IMG/VR virus record: IMGVR_UViG_3300030376_006242
Source: a virus
Lineage: Duplodnaviria > Caudoviricetes
Reading direction: 5' to 3' (one strand)
DNA: 64,000 nt
Part shown: piece after piece, positions 57,486 through 64,000 of the stretch
Numbering within the stretch: position 1 is the stretch's first letter
Layout: each line of letters begins with the position of its first letter
Made by a program: the position numbers and the translations under genes
Notes under the pieces: model-generated
What the model was told of the DNA's origin: nothing
Database searches by the model: none
The model's input: only the letters and a program-made list of their open reading frames with translations

Positions 57486-58490
57486 ATGAATATTGTGCTT
57501 GACGTTTTACAAACTTATCTTCCTTCCAAAAGAAAACAAACTCCTAGCGGTTGGTTGGCTTTTAATGCTCCTTGTTGTGAGCATAATGGTACAACACCAG
57601 ATACAAGACAAAGAGGCGGACTGATAGCAAAAGCAGATGAAAGTGTAAGTTTTCATTGCTTTAATTGTGGATTCAAAACAAGTTGGAGATTAGGAAGAAA
57701 CTTATCTTATAAAATGAAAAAATTTATGAGATGGTTAAATGTTCCCGATGATGTAATAACAAAACTAGCATTACAAGTTTTACAACACAAAACAGACGAC
57801 AGTGGTTTTAAATCTATTGTTACACTGCCAAAATTTGTAATGAAACAGTTGCCACCTAAAGCAAAGCCAATACATGAATGGGCAACTTATAAAGATTTGG
57901 AACCAGGTGGTGTTGATAAAGATTTATTTTCTGTAATGGAATACATTGCTAAAAGAAAATTAACACTAGATGATTATGATTTTTATTGGAGTCCTGAAGC
58001 AGGTTATAGAGATAGATTAATAATTCCATTTACGTATCAATCCAAAGTTGTTGGCTATACAGCAAGAAAAGTTGTTGAAAGCAAAGTAAAGTATTTGTCA
58101 GAGCAACAACCAGGATATGTTTTTAACACAGACGCTCAAGATGATGATAGAAAATACATTGTGGCTGTAGAAGGTCCCATTGATGCTATTGCCATAGATG
58201 GTGTAGCACTTTTAGGAAGTGAGGTCAAAGACCAACAAACAGCACTTGTAAACAGTTTAGGTAAACACGTGATTGTGGTTCCTGATAGAGATGAAGCAGG
58301 ACAAAAATTAGTTTATGATGCGATGGAATCAGGCTGGAGTGTGAGTATGCCTGAATGGAGTCAAGATATCGGAGATGTAAACGATGCTGTGTGTAAATAT
58401 GGTAGGCTTCACACATTATACACAATAATTAAAAATGCTGAAGATTCACAACTTAAAACTAAACTGAGGATGAAAAAATGGTTCGCATAA
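57486..58490 (+). CDS. DNA primase (T4 gp61-like; Zn ribbon + TOPRIM)
   Basis: PCC...FHCFNCG, RLIIPF, GYTAR, KYL, VEGPIDA, PDRDEAG and DVND. Confidence 0.88.
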   Translation: MNIVLDVLQTYLPSKRKQTPSGWLAFNAPCCEHNGTTPDTRQRGGLIAKADESVSFHCFNCGFKTSWRLGRNLSYKMKKFMRWLNVPDDVITKLALQVLQHKTDDSGFKSIVTLPKFVMKQLPPKAKPIHEWATYKDLEPGGVDKDLFSVMEYIAKRKLTLDDYDFYWSPEAGYRDRLIIPFTYQSKVVGYTARKVVESKVKYLSEQQPGYVFNTDAQDDDRKYIVAVEGPIDAIAIDGVALLGSEVKDQQTALVNSLGKHVIVVPDRDEAGQKLVYDAMESGWSVSMPEWSQDIGDVNDAVCKYGRLHTLYTIIKNAEDSQLKTKLRMKKWFA

Positions 58491-58612
58491 AGATTTTTTT
58501 AAAAAAAGCGATTTCTATTTTGTTTTTTCCTATCACTAAACTTGTAAACTACATCAAGTATAAGAAAAAGATAAGAGAATTACAGAAGAGAGACCCGTTT
58601 ATATACAAATAG
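58478..58612 (+). CDS. Small basic peptide ending in DPFIYK (44 aa, not in the ORF track)
   Basis: MVRIKIFLKKAISILFFPITKLVNYIKYKKKIRELQKRDPFIYK; GAGGA upstream; fills the primase-carbamoyltransferase gap. Confidence 0.65.
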   Translation: MVRIKIFLKKAISILFFPITKLVNYIKYKKKIRELQKRDPFIYK

Positions 58613-58619
58613 GAGAGAC

Positions 58620-59630
58620 ATGATAATTTGGGGAGTAACAGGAAACAATCACGATGCCAGTCTGGCTGTCATGGAATGGCGAGTAGCAGGACTAACAGAT
58701 CACTATCATTTGAAATTAAAATGGGCAGGAATGTCTAAGGACTTCAGCGGTATACCTGGAGACCCTACACTTTGTCCTAAACTGATGGCAGAAGTAAGAG
58801 CAAATCCTAAATGGGCCTTCCCTGCCAAGATATATTTTTATGAAAAACCTTTCAAAAAAACTATGCGTCAATTGATAGCGGGTCAAGGTTGGAAATGGAA
58901 AGAAAACAATATTAAAAAGTTTTTAAGTAAAGCAGGAATACACAATGTACCAATTGAATACATAAATCATCATGAAAGTCATGCCGCATATGGATATTAT
59001 ACTTCTCCATATAGAAATGCCGCAGTGGTTGTATTAGATAGTATAGGAGAGTTTGAAACTTTTACTATATGGCATGGACACGGTAACAAATTAGAAAAGA
59101 AATACACACAAAGTTATCCGCACAGCATTGGTCTATTTTATTCAGCAATGACACAAAGAGTTGGTCTAAAAGCAAATGCAGAAGAACATAAGTTTGAACA
59201 ACTTGCCAAAAAAGGCAATTGGAGAAAGTATTACAGAATGTTTATGGAAGAATTAGTTGATACAAGAATGCCTTTCAAAACAAGAATTAATTTACACAGA
59301 GGTTGTAATTGGTGGAGACCAGAATTAAACACAGAACAAGATATGGCAGACATTGCCGCAACTACACAACACATTTTTGAACAAGTGTTGATGTGTGCTA
59401 GTTCATGGATACAAATGAATATCAAAACATCAAACATAATTTTGGTTGGTGGTTGTGCGTTAAACAAAACAGCAGTCACTAAATTGGAATCAGTTTGGGA
59501 TGACATATGGGTGCCAAAAAATCCTGGAGATCCAGGAAGTTGTATAGGTGCTGTTCTTGCCAAATATCATAAGCACATTGACAATTCAAACGAAATGTGG
59601 TATAATAAGGACAATGGTAAAACAAAATAA
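58620..59630 (+). CDS. Carbamoyltransferase N-terminal (Kae1-like) domain only
   Basis: NHDASLA, HHESHAA, DSIGE, SIGLFYSAMT, GGCALN and PGDPGSCIGA; no C-terminal GPRALG/RPFA domain. Confidence 0.85.
   Translation: MIIWGVTGNNHDASLAVMEWRVAGLTDHYHLKLKWAGMSKDFSGIPGDPTLCPKLMAEVRANPKWAFPAKIYFYEKPFKKTMRQLIAGQGWKWKENNIKKFLSKAGIHNVPIEYINHHESHAAYGYYTSPYRNAAVVVLDSIGEFETFTIWHGHGNKLEKKYTQSYPHSIGLFYSAMTQRVGLKANAEEHKFEQLAKKGNWRKYYRMFMEELVDTRMPFKTRINLHRGCNWWRPELNTEQDMADIAATTQHIFEQVLMCASSWIQMNIKTSNIILVGGCALNKTAVTKLESVWDDIWVPKNPGDPGSCIGAVLAKYHKHIDNSNEMWYNKDNGKTK
59578..59606 (+). promoter_or_regulatory. Consensus sigma70 promoter with extended -10 for the helicase gene
   Basis: TTGACA-17-TATAAT with TG at the extended -10 position; ATG 7 nt downstream (59614). 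Confidence 0.85.
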
Positions 59631-61062
59631 AGATTATGGATATGAGATACAAAAACTGTATCTCGAAATGATGTTGGGTGACGCAGAAACGTTTGTGCGT
59701 TGTCAATCTATATTTGATCATTCATTGTTTGATAGAAAACTTCAAGAGACAGCAGACTTTGTTAACAAGTATGTGGCAGAATATAATTCATTGCCGACAT
59801 ATGATATTGTAAACAAATCTTGTAATGTTAATTTAAAACAAGCAGAAAATTTAACAGAAGAGCATTTTACTTGGTTGTTAGATGATTTTGAAACTTTTGT
59901 TAGACATAAAAGTTTAGAAAGAGCAATATTGAAATCTGCTGATATGCTTGAAAAAGGTGAATATGGTCCAGTAGAAGAGTTGGTTAAAAAGGCTGTACAA
60001 ATAGGACTACACAAAGACATAGGTACAGATTACTTTGATGATCCAAAAGCAAGACTTATGGGACTGAAAAATCAAAATGGACAAGTCAGCACAGGCTGGG
60101 CAACACTAGATAAAAAATTGTTTGGTGGATTCAACAAAGGTGAGTTGAATATATTTGCTGGTGGATCTGGTGCTGGTAAAAGTTTATTTCTTGCTAACTT
60201 AGGTTGTAATTGGGTGCTAAATGGATTGAATGTTGCTTATGTTTCATTTGAATTAAGTGAAGCACTTGTATCAATGAGATTAGATTCAATGCTAACAGAT
60301 GTTCCTGCTAGAGAAATTTTCAAAGATTTAGATGGTGTAGAAATGAAAGTTAAATTGCTTGGTAAAAAAGCAGGTAAGTTTCAAATCAAATACATGGCAA
60401 GTGGTAAAAACGCAAACGACTTGAGAAGTTATATCAAAGAATATGAAATAAAAACAGGCACAAAATTAGATGTGATACTTGTAGATTATTTGGATCTTAT
60501 GATGCCTATCAGTAGAAAAGTATCGCCAAGTGATTTGTTTGTTAAAGACAAATTTGTATCTGAAGAATTAAGAAACTTATCAATGGAATTGAATGTTATC
60601 TTTGTTACAGCATCACAGTTGAATAGAGGTGCTGTTGAAGAAATAGAATTTGATCACTCGCATATATCTGGTGGTTTAAGTAAAATACAAACTGCTGACA
60701 ATGTGTTTGGTATATTCACAAGTAGAGCAATGAGAGAACGTGGTAGATATCAAATACAATTAATGAAAACAAGAAGTTCTAGCGGAGTTGGTCAAAAGAT
60801 TGATTTAGAATTTGATGTGGACAGTTTGAGAATAAGAGATCTTGCTGAAGATTCTGAATATCAAGAGTTTGATAAACGTAAGAGTACAATATATAATTCA
60901 CTAAAAAAGACATCAACAGTTACTGAAAACGATGCTGAAGAACCAAAAGAACTTAAAGCACCAGACCCAACAAAAGGCGACACTGTTGGTCGTATCGAAA
61001 CAGGCAACACTGACCAAACAAAGTTGAGGGACTTTTTAAAGAACCTTGATGGCGATGAATAA
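59614..61062 (+). CDS. Replicative DnaB-like helicase (T4 gp41-like)
   Basis: STGWATLD, AGGSGAGKS, SFELSE, VDYLDLM, TASQLNR and MKTR. Confidence 0.9.
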   Translation: MVKQNKDYGYEIQKLYLEMMLGDAETFVRCQSIFDHSLFDRKLQETADFVNKYVAEYNSLPTYDIVNKSCNVNLKQAENLTEEHFTWLLDDFETFVRHKSLERAILKSADMLEKGEYGPVEELVKKAVQIGLHKDIGTDYFDDPKARLMGLKNQNGQVSTGWATLDKKLFGGFNKGELNIFAGGSGAGKSLFLANLGCNWVLNGLNVAYVSFELSEALVSMRLDSMLTDVPAREIFKDLDGVEMKVKLLGKKAGKFQIKYMASGKNANDLRSYIKEYEIKTGTKLDVILVDYLDLMMPISRKVSPSDLFVKDKFVSEELRNLSMELNVIFVTASQLNRGAVEEIEFDHSHISGGLSKIQTADNVFGIFTSRAMRERGRYQIQLMKTRSSSGVGQKIDLEFDVDSLRIRDLAEDSEYQEFDKRKSTIYNSLKKTSTVTENDAEEPKELKAPDPTKGDTVGRIETGNTDQTKLRDFLKNLDGDE

Positions 61063-61885
61063 ACAATACAAAAGAATAGTAATTCCAAAAGGTTTAGATT
61101 TAGGAACCAGCAGACGTACTTGTACTCAGTTGGCAAACACAATCAGTATAAGTTCTGGTTTAGAAATATTTTCAGATGTTGAACATATTCAACAAGGAGA
61201 TTTAGTAATACTTGGCGGTGTTGGTGGACACGATGGTTTTCAAAAGTATCATGAGTCTTTTCAAGAGAAAAATATCGATTATGTGAATGTTGAAAAAGGA
61301 TATTGTAATTGGTGGAAACCTGTTTTCTGGAGAGTTACATTCAATGAAAATCAAATTTCAGATATTAAAGGTGAATGGACAAATGAACGTTTTGTAAAAT
61401 TTAATATGACAATTAAGCCTTGGCAGATGGGGGATCAAGTTTATATTGTTGCTCCTAGTCAAAACGGTTTAGAAGTATATGGTATCAAACAAAATGTGGA
61501 TCAATGGATAGAATCCACCACACAAGAAATTAAAAAATACACAAATAGACCAATAAAGGTTAGAAAAAAGATGCCTAAGAAAGCAAGAGGTTCGAGAGGA
61601 TTCTGTGATTCATTAGAAAATATATACTGTGTGGTCAGTTTACACACAATGGCAATGACAGAAGCATTGCGAGAAGGATGTCCTGTAATCAGTCTTGTTC
61701 CAGGATGTTTAAAAGATTACAGTGTGAACTCAATTGATAAGATTAATAATTTGTACTACCCAGAAAATAGACAATATCTGTTTAACTGTTTAACCAATTT
61801 ACAATTCAACTCTGACGAATTAATATCCGGCTTTGCGTGGAACACCATTAGCAAATACTACGGAATCAATATTACCAAAATTTAA
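61055..61885 (+). CDS. Capsule-synthesis (KpsS/KpsC-like) GT-B protein, paralog of 45006-45803
   Basis: VEKGY, IVAPS, IKVRKK and VVSLHTMAMTEALREGCPV. Confidence 0.5.
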   Translation: MNKQYKRIVIPKGLDLGTSRRTCTQLANTISISSGLEIFSDVEHIQQGDLVILGGVGGHDGFQKYHESFQEKNIDYVNVEKGYCNWWKPVFWRVTFNENQISDIKGEWTNERFVKFNMTIKPWQMGDQVYIVAPSQNGLEVYGIKQNVDQWIESTTQEIKKYTNRPIKVRKKMPKKARGSRGFCDSLENIYCVVSLHTMAMTEALREGCPVISLVPGCLKDYSVNSIDKINNLYYPENRQYLFNCLTNLQFNSDELISGFAWNTISKYYGINITKI

Positions 61886-61935
61886 TCACCACACAATCAG
61901 ATATAATAAATATTGTTTTAGGCAGAAAGGCAATA

Positions 61936-63588
61936 ATGACTGATTTAGAAAATATACAAAGGCTCACTGAACGTTTTAAAAGGCAAATGCCCAACGGTGA
62001 AGTGTACCAACAAAGACTCGCAGAAGAATTTGAACTAATTCTTAAACAAAGATTCACAGAATACTTTTTAAAAATTTGTGACATCATAGACATCACATCA
62101 GATTTAAAACACATGACAAGAGGTTCGGCAGGATCCAGTCTTGTATGCTATCTGTTAGGAATAACTGATGTAGATCCAGTTAAATGGAATATACCTGTAG
62201 CACGTTTTATGAATCCATTGCGTGATGATTTACCTGATGTTGACATAGACTTTGAACATCACAAACAAGCAGAAGTTATGAATCGCATTTTCAAAAAGTG
62301 GCCCGGCAAGACAGCAAGAATATCTAACTATGTGAAGTATCAACCCAAGTCAGCAAAACGTGAAGCGGCAAAACGTTTAGGTGCCAAAGGCAAACTGCCA
62401 CGCAAATTTAAATATGAAGATTATAATATCGATCCTGTTGAAGCAAAACGCATAGAACAAAAACTGTTAGGTAAGAAAAGATGTATATCTAAACACTGTG
62501 GTGGAATCATAATGTTTGATAGACAATTGCCTAAAAGTTTAATTTCTGCTGATAATCAAATACTGCTGGACAAATATGAAGTTGAAGACTTAGAACATTT
62601 GAAAGTTGATATACTTGCCAATAGAGGTTTGAGTCAGTTATTAGAAATAGATCCTGATATGAACTTAACAGATTATCCTATAGAAGATGAAGCAACTTCA
62701 AACTTATTAAGCAGAGGAGATGTGTTAGGAGTAACACAAGGTGAGTCACCGGCAATGCGTAGATTGTTTAGAGCAATACAACCTAAAAGTGTATACGACT
62801 GTGTGTTCGCAACTGCTATGATACGACCGGTAGCAATGACAGGTAGACAAAAAGCATCCATGTTCAATGACTGGACTAAAGAAGGTGTACAAGATTCAAT
62901 TGTGTTTGAAGATGATGCTATTGAAATTATTTCTGAGATTATAGGTATAGATATGTATGAAGCAGATATGTATCGTAGAGCATTTGCTAAAAAGAACGAT
63001 GAAAAAATTATAGAGTTTGTAGATAGATTAGGTAATCATCCACGCAAACAAGAAGCAATTGACACACTGATGACACTGTCTGGATTTGGTTTATGTAGAG
63101 CCCATGCGGTCAACTTGGGCAGATTGATTTGGGCACTGGCATATCAAAAGGCACACAATCCTAAAAAGTTTTGGGCGGCTTGTTTAAAACATTGCGAAGG
63201 ATCTTACAGACGTTGGGTGTACAACACAGAAGCAGAACGTTGGGGAATTGACAATGAACCTGGTTGGTGGAGAAGAGGATTTATTCCTAAATGTCATGTA
63301 CAACAACAGTATCTAGATTATGTTCAGTTTGCTGGAGTTATTGCCAATGGTAGAGTTTTCAAAGGTAAAAATGGCAAGTATGTAACATTTGTCACACTAG
63401 GAATAGGTCCTGGCGAATACATAGACATCACAGTTAAGAAACCGTTCAGTCACAAAGATGGTGATGTTATTGTGGGTAGAGGCAAAATCAAACATCATAA
63501 TAATTCAGACTATGTGGAATGTCAAGATGTGGAACTGCTTTCATTCCAGCAATGGCTGGCGGACAGCAAAAATTCCGCGAAGCGGTAA
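61936..63588 (+). CDS. dnaE: DNA polymerase III alpha-like (DnaE) lacking the PHP domain
   Basis: RGSAGSSLVCYLLGITDVDP, RFMNP, PDVDIDF, KHCGG, KVDIL, GVTQGES, AMIRP and GLCRAHA, plus an OB-like C-terminus. Confidence 0.88.
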   Translation: MTDLENIQRLTERFKRQMPNGEVYQQRLAEEFELILKQRFTEYFLKICDIIDITSDLKHMTRGSAGSSLVCYLLGITDVDPVKWNIPVARFMNPLRDDLPDVDIDFEHHKQAEVMNRIFKKWPGKTARISNYVKYQPKSAKREAAKRLGAKGKLPRKFKYEDYNIDPVEAKRIEQKLLGKKRCISKHCGGIIMFDRQLPKSLISADNQILLDKYEVEDLEHLKVDILANRGLSQLLEIDPDMNLTDYPIEDEATSNLLSRGDVLGVTQGESPAMRRLFRAIQPKSVYDCVFATAMIRPVAMTGRQKASMFNDWTKEGVQDSIVFEDDAIEIISEIIGIDMYEADMYRRAFAKKNDEKIIEFVDRLGNHPRKQEAIDTLMTLSGFGLCRAHAVNLGRLIWALAYQKAHNPKKFWAACLKHCEGSYRRWVYNTEAERWGIDNEPGWWRRGFIPKCHVQQQYLDYVQFAGVIANGRVFKGKNGKYVTFVTLGIGPGEYIDITVKKPFSHKDGDVIVGRGKIKHHNNSDYVECQDVELLSFQQWLADSKNSAKR

Positions 63589-63640
63589 AGCAGAAATTTC
63601 AAATCCGCGTAGCGGTCAGCACAGCGAAATCGGTAAGCAA
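63575..63640. repeat. Tandem GC-rich mini-hairpins CCGC-GNA-GCGG, 30-nt period
   Basis: CCGCGAAGCGG (63575-63585), CCGCGTAGCGG (63605-63615) and a degenerate third copy GCGAAATCGGTAAGCA. Confidence 0.7.
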
Positions 63641-63642
63641 TT

Positions 63643-64000
63643 TTAATCTATGATTTTTCTTTTGGCGCCTTTACGTTTGACGTCTAGTGTGCTACAATGT
63701 ATTCCACCGTCCCAAAACAAATAGTGTCTTTGTGGCACAACGTGGCAGTCTATGTGTAAGGACTTCAGTTTAGCAAACAGTTTAGGTATGTGTCTAGCAA
63801 ACACAATGTTGTGTCTATCTATGATCAACACATTAAGATCAAAACATACTTCTTGATTGTAACCTCTCCAATTCTCCAAGTATTTGTCTATCCAGTCAAT
63901 GTCCATTTTGTTTTTGGCTTCTGCGTAATCTTGTACATATCTATCCATTTTTAATTCAGGCAAACAGTCGCTGACATCTATCAATTGTTTTTTGTGTAAG
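63643..64000 (-). CDS. Amidinotransferase (glycine/inosamine-phosphate amidinotransferase-like), C-terminal part
   Basis: FDLNVLII and the catalytic GGIHCSTLD motif; the gene begins beyond the window edge. Confidence 0.75.
   Translation of the reverse strand, partial: LHKKQLIDVSDCLPELKMDRYVQDYAEAKNKMDIDWIDKYLENWRGYNQEVCFDLNVLIIDRHNIVFARHIPKLFAKLKSLHIDCHVVPQRHYLFWDGGIHCSTLDVKRKGAKRKIID

Noticed and set aside
55715-63588. The two dnaE-like ORFs as halves of a split (intein- or intron-interrupted) polymerase
   Set aside because: Both contain the same palm and finger motifs (DxD, KxD, RP, SH/AH), so they are redundant rather than complementary, and no intein termini are visible.
63546-63642. 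tRNA or tRNA fragment in the GC-rich junction
   Set aside because: No cloverleaf, T-loop GTTC motif or acceptor stem could be built.
527-63646. Numerous 60-180 aa ORFs antisense to or nested in long genes (e.g. 4353-4889, 16424-16852, 53609-53986)
   Set aside because: They are shadows of the coding strand's codon bias, with no SD, promoter or recognisable motif.

Overview
An AT-rich 64 kb segment of a large T4-like (myovirus) dsDNA phage genome; no rRNA, tRNA, CRISPR or IS element is recognisable. It carries virion genes (fibre/baseplate proteins, gp13/gp14/gp15-like neck proteins, tail sheath and tube, gp4-like head completion, small and large terminase, probable head-internal proteins) and replication/recombination genes (gp32 SSB, UvsX/RecA, UvsY, UvsW, gp62-like, primase, DnaB-like helicase, dNMP kinase). 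It also has an unusually large surface-glycan toolkit: HldE/HldD for ADP-heptose, a GT9-like transferase, a 17-gene glycosyl-/methyltransferase island, two carbamoyltransferases and an amidinotransferase. Highlights: (1) two DnaE (Pol III alpha) homologues, one collapsed to 185 aa yet keeping the catalytic aspartate motifs; (2) glycan genes preceded by the same TAAATA motif as structural genes, suggesting late expression and virion glycosylation; (3) a candidate -1 frameshift/slippage site (A9) that appends a 52-aa module to a probable head protein; (4) three small ORFs below the ORF-track cutoff (a 10-Cys metallothionein-like peptide, a membrane peptide, and a PFIY peptide before a carbamoyltransferase); (5) promoter geometry implying many leaderless mRNAs; (6) a catalytically dead esterase inserted into a fibre protein. 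All product calls come from motif recognition by eye; no database search was run.
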